From Saccostrea echinata (Eukaryota), in assembly GCF_033153115.1 (NCBI RefSeq), contig NW_026889805.1, positions 15,314,001 through 15,378,000 of the forward strand: a stretch of DNA of 64,000 nt, read 5' to 3'. The notes beneath the pieces are model-generated. The model had not been told where the DNA came from, searched no databases, and saw only the letters and a program-made list of their open reading frames with translations. This document shows, piece after piece, positions 38,401-49,812 of the stretch; within the stretch, counting starts at the first letter, position 1; the number at the start of each line of letters is the position of its first letter. The translations under genes were made by a program, and so were the position numbers.

Positions 38401-38897
38401 GCTGAAATTGTTTTAGTGATGAAATTCTTCATTCATTTGTTATGTGCATCCTGGAAATATTTTAATAAATTTATTGTTGTAAATTATAATATTATAATTC
38501 CAGAAAATGACATCTTTCTGTTATACTAGTACATTGTAGTTTCAGCATTTGTCTAAACACGTTGATTTGTTTATAATACAACATATTTTAATTCGGTAAT
38601 CCTGCTTCTAAATTGATACTTTGATTAATAGCTGACGGTCATAATCATACTTCTGTTTCAGATGACTATGGGTTTGCGAGCAACCAGAAGAAGACAATAG
38701 GGATCGCCCTGGCGGCTAGTGGGAGCGCCTTGGTTATCATCATTATCGCCATCTTTGCGGTCCTGTCCTGTAGCAGGGACAAGGGCAAGGAGACGGACAG
38801 CCAAAGTGGACTGGTCAACGGGACCACGGGAGATCCAAATAGGAGAATAGGCCTGTTCTATAGAACAAACAGGAAACAAAACATGTCAACACTTTGA
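32494..38897 (+). CDS. Small type I membrane protein with one divergent CUB domain and a C-terminal class I PDZ-binding motif, 226 aa
   Basis: Five exons with compatible phases: 32494-32539 (MCFVPLSVVWVVHML, signal peptide), 33816-33918, 34320-34447 (DICYDWRITG...LLIYDG), 35108-35275 (HVFIRFYTYENSGFVIQH) and 38662-38897 (TM IGIALAASGSALVIIIIAIFAVLSC; ends MSTL*). Same three-exon CUB layout as the neighbouring gene. Exon 1 is less certain. Confidence 0.8.
32913..33230. mobile_element. MITE with internal TTCGTTATAACGAATT repeats
   Basis: ~40-bp imperfect terminal inverted repeats (cctatcaaaaaatatttctgaattcgatataacg / cgttatatcgaattaatacaaatttttctatagg). Confidence 0.6.
33264..33395. mobile_element. 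Right-end fragment of the TTAA MITE family seen at 8282-8607
   Basis: Near-identical to 8480-8611, including the terminal tacgttgtgtatgtctttaa. Confidence 0.8.
33405..33630 (-). mobile_element. Penelope-like RT fragment (5' continuation of copy 3)
   Basis: KEKLKKYCTTVYSRSGVNQTWILKNSKELLENLKS...NNIKTYDFSTLYANIPHDKLK, same strand as and collinear with 31660-32434. Confidence 0.8.
35424..35846. mobile_element. MITE with 9-bp TSD (Mutator/MULE-like)
   Basis: TIRs cactcggcacacctcggc... / ...gccgaggtttgccgaatg; GATCCACAG is duplicated at 35415-35423 and 35847-35855; the left terminal 28 bp is tandemly duplicated. Confidence 0.8.
36090..37991 (+). mobile_element. HINE-like element carrying Cg170/HindIII-like ~166-bp satellite units, with a nested MITE at ~36803-37360
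   Basis: Repeated aaattcatggcccctgggtcaggggttctgg...gctctattgatcatatagtgaaaatgcatta units and a 3' end aaggcccttgggcctcttgtt. The 5' boundary is approximate. Confidence 0.7.
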
Positions 38898-40824
38898 TGG
38901 AGAGTTTTTCTCCCATTAAATTACACATCGAAGGAACTATAGAATGTTTTTGTTTTACATGTATCACTTATTGACCGTATACGTAATAACTAAATGTATA
39001 GCATTTTGTGAACAGCATGATGCGATGAAAAGATGCAGAAGCTACTTCTCGGTACAATTAAATGTAAAATGTTAATAAACTGCAGATGACAAAATGATTC
39101 TTGATATGGACACTCAAGGCCGATAATTTTTTGCAAGGCCAAATTGTTTGGTGATACTGGCTATTTGTTTGAGTTGTCCCTCTTTATCCACTCCTTTTAC
39201 GCTTTCATCCTGGCGAGATACATAGTGATTTTAATTTAGAAAATTGCGATTTGAATTTGGCAGTAGATTGGCTTGTATTGATTTTCAACATTATTTATCA
39301 TACGTTATGACAATGTTTATTAAAAATTAGACTGATTGATAGATTAGGAAGACAGGTTTTGTTTGAGAATTCCAATATTGTTCGGTTGATGAGAAAATAA
39401 ACACTGTGGACAATTGAGGGGTTCCCAGTTGAAATGGTAATCGTTTGTTCGTGCGTAACTTTACATGCAGAAATTCTTTAACGATGGCAACAATTCGCTA
39501 AATGAAAATATGTCCGGGATTCCGGTTATTACTCTCCTGAATGGCTCCAATAATTAGGTACATTCAATTCCCAATTAACAACCGCGATACACTGACAACA
39601 AATAGGAACCCGCAATCGTTGACAAATCGCTGACAGACCTGGAAAATGTCATACTGAGACAGTAATGATCGAGGGAAAGGAAGGACCGCCTCTGAATTCA
39701 GGGATTAAATTTTCCATTTCAGACTTAAAAATTTAAAGTACAGAGGGGGTCTGAAATTTTATTGAAACATTTCAATATGAAACGAGAAGTGGACGTATAT
39801 GAGGCTATAAACAAGGGATGAATAATTAATACTGCTCTGTTAACTTTATCACCTCCATAAAACAGAATCAATAAAATTTATGCATTCCATGCGGTTTTAA
39901 AATATACCCACTTGAAGAATTATAAATAAATTTATGGGTCCAGGTTTTTTGTATATTTTGAAAGACGGCAAATGATGTGGAACCAACGAAATGTAACTAT
40001 TATGGCAACTATAGAAATTGTGACAATATCCTGTTGGATAAATGTCACATGAGGCTAATATAATCATTACGTCTCATTACATCTCAAAAGAATCATACAA
40101 AAATACAGAAAACATGCATAAAAGCTAAATAAGACATAGGTTGATAGGATTATGTTCAGTGTTACACGTCCGTCTTTTGGTACTACGCGGTTTTCAGAGT
40201 ATCATATATCACTCTACAATATTCTGAGATTGATTTTCATCTTGGATCCTCATTGTGGACAAATGTTTTACCTGGCAGGTGTGAAATAAGACTATATTAT
40301 TAATCCAACATCCGAACAGAGAGAAACAGAGATAATCAAATGACATTGCTCGGTTCAGATGCAAGTACCTTAGTAACGCATGCCACATAAAAGGGCCGTT
40401 GCGCTATCATTAAAATATTTGTCATGTGATGAGTTCCCACGCGCTTTGATTGATTCTTAATACTTTAATACAACTGTCCGGTTTTTATCTCCCACTACTT
40501 TCTATGCCCCCTCCCCGTGCCCCGAATTGTTCCTCACATCTATGTTATATACCTTTAACAACAAAAGAAAGGAAATCTCACCCTCAATATTTCGCCAGCA
40601 TTTTAAAGATTTATATCTGATAAAATTTACATAAAGCAATTTCCACTTAAAAGCGGGAGTTCGTTTGGAGTGGAAGGATTCCGTATATTGTAAATAACGG
40701 CGCTTTATTCCGAGGTTGTAAAATCAAACGAGAACGATAGAGTATTGCAGAAAGCCAAACAGCGCAGAAAGCAGTGAACTGGCCGATAGAGTGATGAATG
40801 CGGGCGACTGGTAACATCAGCAAA

Positions 40825-43800
40825 ATGGTGAGTATCACTGCTTTGTACTGTGAGTTGCACTTTATCTTCAGTTAGTCTGTAGAGTGATGAATTTGTTTGA
40901 CTTATTTTATAAGACTTTTCCCCCGTCAAACTGACGCTGTAAGAAGAAAAATTTTCAAGTGTTAATTAAATTTACAATGTTATAGGACGTTGTTATGTCT
41001 CTACTTAGATGTAGAGTATTCCTATGATATAGTAAACTGAAAATATAAGATCTATCTGAGTAGACCAAAGGAATGTGTAACTCTGTCATAGTAAGTCAAT
41101 AGATTCATGATTTTAATAAGTACGTTCCCAGTCAACAGCGGGCAATAAATACGTTGCCCTATAACATATGTTGCAAAATCCGGTAGAAAAATCTCTTCCC
41201 AAAACAAATTGGCAGTGTTTCGAACGTTTATATTTTCTTAAATAAACAATAATTATTAGTACAGTTAAACGCACTTCCTATAATTTATAAATAGGAAAAT
41301 CAGAATGCCTACTTATTTCACAAGCTTTGAATTATTTATATCATTTTGTTTACGATTGTAATCAAGAAGATTCTGTTCGATTATCGTGAATTTCTTATCA
41401 TTAAAATTCGTTCTACTTATGGTAATGAACTTGAAATCACAAAGGTTTATTAGTTAACAAGAATTTGTAGTCTTAAGCCTACCTTAATGTAAGTAAAGTT
41501 AACATGATCGCGATCATGAAGGTTCTTCAATTTCAGTATAGTTAATTAACAGGATCATGTTCACTGCTGGTTTTTCAGTGGTTTTACAGAATCGTGATCA
41601 CTGAGGTTCTTTATTTTCAGTAAGGTTTACATGTTCGCCAACATATACAATCATCATTAATAAAGTTCATCGTGATTACTGGGTTTGTTTTTGTTTTCAG
41701 TATGGTTTTAATGATTATGTTCATCACAATTCTCTATTATCAGTATGGTTAACGTGTGTTCACCAATAATTTTCTTACTCTGTACGGTTAACGTGTTGGT
41801 TTCTTTCTCAATATGGTTACTGATCACTAAGGTTCTTTCTTTTTTTAGTACGGCTTTGTGAATTACGCCTTGGAGTTGCTGGTGGTCCGGAACTTTGGAG
41901 ATGAAGCTTGGGAAAATATCAAGTAAGTGAAGGAATCCTTAAGCAACAATGACGTGACTGTTTTTGGCCGAACTATGAATACTTGTATCTAAATTTAAAT
42001 CGATGCCTTCCACCATTGAATTCTAATTTTAGTTTTCCTTATAACATGCCATTAACAATATTTCTGTCTGCTATTCACTATCGGGAATACTTTTTTGCCA
42101 TTGCTCTGTATCATTAATTGTCTGCTCTATTTTTACTGTTTGCTCCATTACCATACATATAATACTGTATACACCATTGGTTTTAGTTCAGCGCGATTTC
42201 TTATTGGCAATTATTTATTTTAATACTAAAATCAAAGGCCAAAAAAATTATTTTGTTAAAATCTTCAGTTAAACAATTAAAAGTTCAATATACCAAAGAA
42301 TATTTTTTAAATGTATATATGCTAGAGCGAAACTAGCTCTCGCTCCGACACTTTGACACAAGTACGTTCACTGACAAAACTAAGTATCGCTGTCATGTTT
42401 AGTTGTAAATAATGTATTCCTAAATCTTGATCTGCTGTAGTAAAAGAGCTTTTTGGTGTTGTGTTTGAAAGTATTGGAAAGATGCTAGCTCGTGTATTAA
42501 CTTTTCCACTTCGAGCGGTGTAGGTCACAGTAGGTGTTTGAAATTATTAAAGTACACGGACTTGTACTTTGACTGTTTGTTTTTTAACACTACTTAATCT
42601 TGTTTCAACCGTTATTGCAAAAACCATATCAGCGGCTAGTTACTGAAAAATTCAATAAAAAAAATAATTAAGGATTGGTCGAATACATGAGATTGTAAGT
42701 CTTTGCCCTTTGGGGCCTACATAGGCTGTACAAATGCATATATTTCAAAAAGTTGAAAGAAAGAAAAAATTAATAAAAATTACATATAATTATGAATTTT
42801 AAAATGTACAATGTATTTGCTTACCTCCAAAAAATGTACATGTCATTTAATTTGAAAATGCATTTTTAGCATTTGTAAATGTTAATAAAACATTATTTAA
42901 CCAAGCAAAATATAATATCAATTGCTCTTTTTGTAATTGGTAGTCTATAAGTATAAATTATGCTAAATGATTTGATATTTACACTTTTAAGATTCAACAC
43001 TCCTCAAATAAGAATGATAATGTTCTGTAAGGTAGAACACAGAGTCTGAAGTCTACTGAAATAAGCTCTGTCCTCGGCATGGACACGCCGATCCTTTCGT
43101 GCATTGTGGGTTTTTTTTCTTCTGTCGGATCAATTTCTCCGCTGCAGATGTAAATCAATTTTCGGTTTGAAGTACCCTCGGATATATTTGATTTACCATC
43201 GTCAAATATTTGCCTATAATTCAATCTTCTTCACCATTGTACCTCTGATGCTGGGGGAATATTGGATCTGCTCTCTTATTGTAATTCTTACTCATCTTAG
43301 AAACACTACGTGTCCCACTTCATGCAAGGCATGCAGTTGAGTGTTATTAAATTACATTTATATTTTATTGGCAGTTCTAGTTATATTTTATAGGACAAGC
43401 GATCTACAAAACCATGCTGCAAAAGTTTAATACCTGGTTTTATATATACAATGCCATGTACCATCATTTAAAAAAAAAAAATCGTCTTCTGGCAAATTTG
43501 ATCGTGTATCCGTTTGTTATTATGAACAGAACTATAATCTGTCTATTATCTTTATATTTAATTGACATCTGATATCATTGTGAAATTTTCTGACAGAGAA
43601 AAAAATCAATATCAGTTGTTAATCACGATTTCCATCCGTTTTAAAGAGTTTTTAACGGAAATAGCTGTTTTTCTTAGTGTTTATTTTAAATTTGGTAGGA
43701 AAGAGGCAGGCTTGGAAATGGAGGGTCATTTTCTGGTACGGCAGGTGTATGAAGATGTGAAAACATACGATCTTGTTGGTGCTGCCTCCAAGGTCCTTAG

Positions 43801-46253
43801 TAAGTATATATATATATAATTGTGGGTGTGTGTGGGTATGTGTGTGTGGAAATCCTTGAAAATGTAGTATTCACTTTCCATGCAGTAAACAGGCAAAGGA
43901 TTTTCTTCGAAATCGAAAGAATTAGTAGCAATTAAAAAATATCAGTTCTTATGAATTATTTGAATTATCTGTCATGTTCCAGTAACTGAGGATAGAGTCT
44001 CCCAATAAAGCTTTGTTCACTAATAAGAACACTATATTTCCTTTGACTTAATTATGATGTTTGGTACAGATTTACCCGCCGCGGATATTCTACAATTCTT
44101 TGGGAAAATGTTCTTTGAGTTCTGTCAAGAGTCAGGATATGACAAGATTCTACAAGTTTTAGGAGGCACAACAAGAGATTTTTTACAAAACCTAGACGCC
44201 TTGCATGACCATCTTGCCACCATATATCCGGGCATGCGTGCACCATCTTTCCGGTGCACGGAACGAAAGGAAGATGGAGCTTTAATTCTTCACTATTACT
44301 CGGAACGGGACGGACTGGAACCGATAGTAATAGGTATCGTCAAAGAAGTCGCCCATAAACTTCACGAGTCCGAGGTCGATGTGGAAGTAATAAACTACAA
44401 ATCAAAAAACTGTGATCATGTGCAATTTGCCATTACTCATAAAGACAAGCAAATGGACGTGTCAAACCCAGTTCTTACTGGTCAACATCATATGTTCTGT
44501 AAAAAGAAGAAGATCAGTCCTTCAACATTTTGTCGGGCGTTTCCATTTCATTTCATGTATGATCGTAATATGGTTGTCCGTCAAGCTGGCTCATCGCTAC
44601 AAAGAGTTATTCCTCAGACGGGTTCGGACAACTGTCGTGTCGATTCAGTTTTTGAGATGATTCGTCCACATATGGATTTTGAATTCAATCATGTTCTTTC
44701 GCATATTAACACTGTATATGTGCTGCGAACAAAGCCAGGGATACTGGACTCCGATGGTCTTTATATTCAAACAAATATCGTTGAGCAACATGATATTTCG
44801 CGCATGCGTTTAAAGGGACAAATGATATATGTTCCGGAATCCGATATGATGTTATTTCTGTGTTCCCCAAGTGTGACAAATCTGGATGATTTACATCGTA
44901 AGGGACTTTATTTAAGTGACATCCCTCTTCATGACGCCACCCGGGACCTTGTGCTGCTTTCCGAGCGGTTTGAGGCAGACTACAAATTAGCACAGAATCT
45001 AGAAGTGCTTAATGACCAACTGCAACAGACCTACCGCGAACTAGAGGATGAAAAAGCCAAAACAGACAGGTATTTATTATAAAACGTATGTGAAATTTCT
45101 CCCTATCTGATAAGCAAGAGATGTTAAACATCAACACAAACTTTATGGTTTTTAGATTGATGTACTCTATTTTGCCAATATCAGTGGCTAACGAACTGCG
45201 TCATCATCGCCCAGTTCCTGCTTCCAAACACGAAGGCGTCACCTTATTATTCAGTGGTATTGTAGGATTTAATGAATTCTGTGCACAGCACTCGGATGCT
45301 GAGGGGGCCATCATGATCATTAACTACCTGAATGAAATTTATGTCAAGTTTGATGACCTTCTAAAAACCAATACTGACGTTTACAAGGTATCGAACCAAT
45401 AAAGAAAAACTGTTCTTATTTGAAGATTAAAGTATTTAGTACACATTTATTACATAAACTGAAAATCCATAACTTTGAAAAGCTTAACAAAAAGTGAAAA
45501 GAGTTGATTAGATAAATTTTCAATAGAGATTATGATGCTGAAAATTAATACTAGGTATATTTGCACAGATGGACAAAATAAATTGATTTTCTCTGTCATA
45601 CTTCAACTATTTCCGAGATATGTGACTTAGATTTAATGTATGTACCAGGTTGAAACTGTTGGAGACAAGTACATGGCGGTCAGCGGACTTCCAGAGCCGT
45701 GCACTGATCATGCGAGAAGTATTGCCAGACTTTCATTAGATATGATGGATATATCTAATCATCTGAAAGATCCATATGGAAACAAAATTATGGTAAGACC
45801 CTGTAAATAAAGATAAACAAATTGTCTATTTGCCACAGTTTATTCAAACTTGAAATTTATAAATAATGACACATTTCACCGATAGATTACAATTGGGATC
45901 CACTCTGGTGAAGTTGTAACGGGAGTTATTGGAAAGCGAATGCCCAGATACTGTCTCTTCGGAAACACCGTGAATCTTACAAGTCGTACCGAAACAACAG
46001 GAGTGAAGGGCAAGATAAATGTATCAGAATTTGCCTACAGGTAAATTAGATAAACTCATCCTGAAATTATTGTTATATATGTATTAGTATATATATGTAT
46101 GTAGTAATATTCACCTTATTTTTTAGATTTCTCACCTCTCCAGAGAATTTTGACCCTGAATTCGAATTTGAGCACAGGGGGTTCGTGAAAATGAAGGGAA
46201 AACCCGAACCAATGGAGTGCTACTTTTTGACACGAAAAGTTATGAAAAAATAA
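40825..46253 (+). CDS. GUCY1B1: Soluble guanylate cyclase beta-1 subunit (H-NOX, PAS, coiled coil, cyclase), 611 aa
   Basis: Exons 40825-40827 (ATG only, followed by gtgagt), 41849-41922, 43699-43799, 44070-45069, 45156-45387, 45649-45792, 45886-46040, 46127-46253 (1836 nt). N-terminus [13 protein letters not shown]; haem ligand His105, Cys78, Cys122, Y135-S137-R139 and Ile145 (conventional NO-selective type); cyclase motifs [17 protein letters not shown] and [18 protein letters not shown]. Confidence 0.97.
41500..41860 (+). repeat. Degenerate ~42-bp tandem repeat of the exon-2 splice acceptor region of sGC-beta
   Basis: Units of (gat/gtt)cac..ggttct...ttttcAG-TAYGGTT with AG ending at 41536, 41578, 41620, 41700 and 41743; the last unit is the true acceptor (41848). 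Confidence 0.7.
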
Positions 46254-47185
46254 GTTTCTGTAAAAAATGAATTACCAGTAGTTATACAACAGTGATGAGG
46301 ATAGGGCGCGTAGATGCTAATCGTAGCACATACAAGAAATGAATAGCCTTACTGTGATTAATATTTATAGGTGTTTGTATCGTTATACTATTTTTTGGTT
46401 TTATTAATTATTTTCTAGTCATTCGTATTTTTTCTTGAACTTTACGATATTTATTCGGAATAAATGAAGAAAAAACCATTGTTTGCTTTTGATGCAAGAA
46501 AAAATCTTGGTACCACATCCCCTAGTCTACTATGCCATTGATGAATTGGGACCTAACCCTAATCAATCGCATAGATGATATGTATCATCATAGAGCTACG
46601 TCTGTGCCTGCAATCCCAGAATAAAACAGCTCAAATCTGATGCTGCTGTGTATCCTCAGGCAGTTAACATGAGCGATTTGCCGAGTAAAGGTCGGAGACA
46701 GGATGCCGTTAGTCGCCATAAAGATAAAGGATACATTTTGAGGATGACTTTATGAAATTGCTGTTCTCTGTTATATCCCTCCGGAGATTAACCATTAACT
46801 GTTTCTTACTGCGCCTAAGCTTCGTGATGAACAAGAAAAAGCTGTCATTTCCTTTTGAATTTAAGATTTCATGAGGATTTTATTAATTAACAAAAGTAGG
46901 CTTGGGTAAAGGATCATGATCAGTCTTGATAAAACGAATGTTTGAATTTCGAATTGAAAAAGTTTGCGTGTGTATATATAAACTTAAATACTGGTTATTT
47001 ACATATCCCAACCTTTCCGAATAGAAATTCATTTAAACTTCTGATCCAAATCTTGAACCTTATTAGATGGCAAACGAAATGACAAGACGTATGTAAATAA
47101 AACACTTTATTATCTAACCTTCTGAAAACCAATGCTATTTAGAAATATGGGGGTTGTACAATGCTCTTATACATGTACTTTACTA

Positions 47186-47215
47186 CTAGGGGTTTTCCCG
47201 TAGAAACAAACGGCT
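47186..47215 (-). mobile_element. Probable Helitron 3' terminus
   Basis: Minus strand reads ccgtttgtttctacgg (imperfect hairpin), gaaaacc, CTAG|T. Confidence 0.5.
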
Positions 47216-48499
47216 GAAGAATTTTGATTTTGAAGAATTGTTCTTTTTTATTCAATGTTACATGTAAGTCCATTTTGACTGGTTTTAAGACAAAATTTGC
47301 GTCTTATTTTCGAAACATGAGTAAGTATTCTTGAAAAAAATGCCATTTCTTAATTCGATCTTTGTGTCAAGGACTTAAATATTTACCACTTCAATTTATT
47401 TATGGTATTAGAACCAGATATCGGTGTTTGATGGCGTGCGATCTTTTGTTGTCGGGCATATGCAAATTTTATGTAACCAACTCGTATAGGAGAAAGATTG
47501 TAGGTAGCGGTGACTTATCCATGTAAGAAAGCTTTCCAATCCGAATTTAAGCCGGTTTCTCCATTATTTTATCGTTTATTTCGTCAAATGTGACAGAAGT
47601 TCCACATCGTTATATGGAATTCATAACCAGCCTAACGCTGGCTTTACGATAGTGATATGTATCTGAAGGTAAATAAACTCTTGAATGCTAACATTGAAGA
47701 ATTTTCGGTTGATATAGTTTTGAATTTCTAGTAAATGTGTAGGTAGAGCAAATAGACATGTAGTATTAGGCTTCACGAATTCATTGTAAAACAAAGAAAA
47801 TTGGATTCACTTTCTTAAACAATTTTTTTTTTATTCGTGACTCTGAAATTTTTTGCAATAGCTATTTTAAAATTGCAGATAAAAAAATATCGGCCTGAGT
47901 GACCACAAAGAACTAACTTAAAACGATTTCTGTGAAAGCTTCTTGATTTGAAAGATTTACAACCGTTACCGCATATTTCAAAAACCAGTGGTTTGTATGG
48001 AACGCCATAGCTGCCTTATGTAAGATGGTTTTATTATATGCTGTGGTTCTATTATTATATGCTGTGGTTTCATTATTATATGCTGTGATTTTATTATTAT
48101 ATGCTGTGGGTCAATATATTATTATATGCTGTGGTTTCATTATTATATGCTGTGGTTTCATTATTATATGCTGTGGTTTCATTATTATATGCTGTGGTTT
48201 CATTATTATATGCTGTGATTTTATTATTATATGCTGTGGTTTCATTATTATATGCTGTGGTTTCATTATTTTATGCTGTGATTTTATTATTATATGGTGT
48301 GGGTTCATAATTATATGCTGTGGGTCTATTATTATATTCTTTGGTTCTTTTATTAAATGCTGTGGTTCTTTTATTATATGCTGTGGATTCATAATTATAT
48401 GCAGTTGGTCTATTATTATTCTATGATGGTAGTTGTTGTAGAGTGTTTCGCAACAAAATATGCATAATCAGGGGGCCCATTTTAGAGATTCCATATTTA

Positions 48500-49150
48500 T
48501 TGTAAACTTGATTTTTTCAATAGACCTCCTATATTTTTATGCTTACTATTCGCAATGCTAGATTCCCATTTGAATAAGTCCTTGCATGTTGGGTCTGCTT
48601 TTAATATATTCCAATACTTTAAAATACACTTTTTTAATCCTTTGACGCGAGGGTTCAATTTTTAGAAATCTCAGACATGAGAATGTACGAAATTACCAAG
48701 GCCGAAGGAACCGGGTGGGGGGGGGGGGTACCCCCCTCCCTCAATATTTTTGCCGATATATAAAATACTATAGAAAACATAGCTACTATATGCTTGTGCC
48801 CCCTCAATATTTTTGGTAGTTGATAGTGCCCCTCCAACTGAAAATGTATATCTGCCCCCCCCCCCAACTGAAATTGCTTCCTACGGGCCTGATTACTCAG
48901 TATATTGAATCTTAATGTCAACAAAATTCTGTTTCAGTGCAGATTTAGGGATCATAGATTCATTATTTCCAATGGAATAAAAGAAGAAATTCAGGAGTAT
49001 CTCGACATCCTTTTCAATTGTCAGAAACACCTAAAATTCACATTTGATATATTTCAGTCATCCGTGCATTATCTGGACACAATGGTTTACAAAGGTAACA
49101 GATTTAGTCATTGTCAGAAACTTGATATCAAATATTACATCAAACCAACT
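48500..49150. mobile_element. Fragments of a second Penelope-like family (Neptune/Poseidon-like RT) in opposite orientations
   Basis: Plus strand ~48935-49150: CRFRDHRFII..HLKFTF..SVHYLDTMVYKG..LDIKYYIKPT. Minus strand ~48660-48505: NPRVKGLKKCILKYWNILKADP...KHKNIGGLL (thumb/linker). Confidence 0.65.
48697..48891. mobile_element. G-rich MITE with 5-bp TSD (hAT5-like)
   Basis: Ends caaggccgaaggaa / ttcctacgggcctg; ATTAC at 48692-48696 and 48892-48896. Confidence 0.7.
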
Positions 49151-49513
49151 CGTTTATTGAAAAAGAATCTGCCGCCATTTCGTTTAAGGGACATTTATTC
49201 TAAAAATTTACCACTGCATATAATTTAAGAATACCACAGCATATAATTATGAAACCACAACATATATAATGATGAAACCACAGCATATAATTATGAACTC
49301 ACAGCATATAATAAAAGACCCACAGCATATAATTATGAACCCACAGCATATAATCTTAGACCCACAGCATATAATAACAGACCCACAGCCTATAATTATG
49401 AACCCACAGTATATAATAATAGACCCACAGCATATAATAAAAGACCCACAACATATAATAAAACACCTAACATAACGCACCCATGGCGTTCCATAGGTTT
49501 GACCTGATGTCAG

Positions 49514-49812
49514 GTCGCCCGCTTGGCGCAGTGGTTAGAGCGTCTGCTCTAGAGTCGCGGAGTAAGGAGTTGATCCTTACGTTGCGGGTTCGAATCCCGC
49601 TGTGGGACGTTGAGACCGGTCCTTCGGATGAGACCGCATAAACCGAGGTCCCGTGTCGCAGTAGGTGCTAGCACGAAAAAGATCCCTCACTGCTCAATGA
49701 GCCTAAATGCCGAGTATAGGTCAAAAATTTGCAGCCCTTCGCCGGCAAGTGGTGGCGTCTCCATATGAGTGAAAAGTTCTCGAGAGGGACGTTAAACAAC
49801 ACACAAACAAAA
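49514..49812 (+). mobile_element. tRNA-derived SINE with V-domain-like core (V-SINE family)
   Basis: Pol III A box TGGCGCAGTGG and B box GGTTCGAATCC; central GTCCTTCGGATGAGAC..TAAACCGAGGTCCC typical of V-SINEs; (AC/A)-rich tail; 12-bp TSD ACCTGATGTCAG at 49502-49513 and 49813-49824. Confidence 0.9.

Larger units (their letters stand above)
47996..49495. mobile_element. Non-autonomous DNA transposon with TAT...ATA ends and 6-bp TSD (IS3EU-like), with 21-bp repeat arms
   Basis: TIR TATGGAACGCCAT... / ...ATGGCGTTCCATA; GGTTTG duplicated at 47990-47995 and 49496-49501; inverted arrays of TTATTATATGCTGTGGTTTCA at ~48030-48420 and ~49230-49460. Confidence 0.85.

Noticed and set aside
48025-48426. 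Cys-rich (IIICCGF)n ORFs, also 49247-49480
   Set aside because: Translations of the 21-bp repeat arms of the IS3EU-like element.
49514-49610. tRNA gene
   Set aside because: It continues into a SINE body with a tail and a 12-bp TSD, and the anticodon loop is non-canonical; it is a SINE head.
49620-49655. Hammerhead-like GAUGAG...AAAC in the SINE core
   Set aside because: It lacks the CUGANGA/GAAA consensus and is explained by the V-SINE conserved domain.
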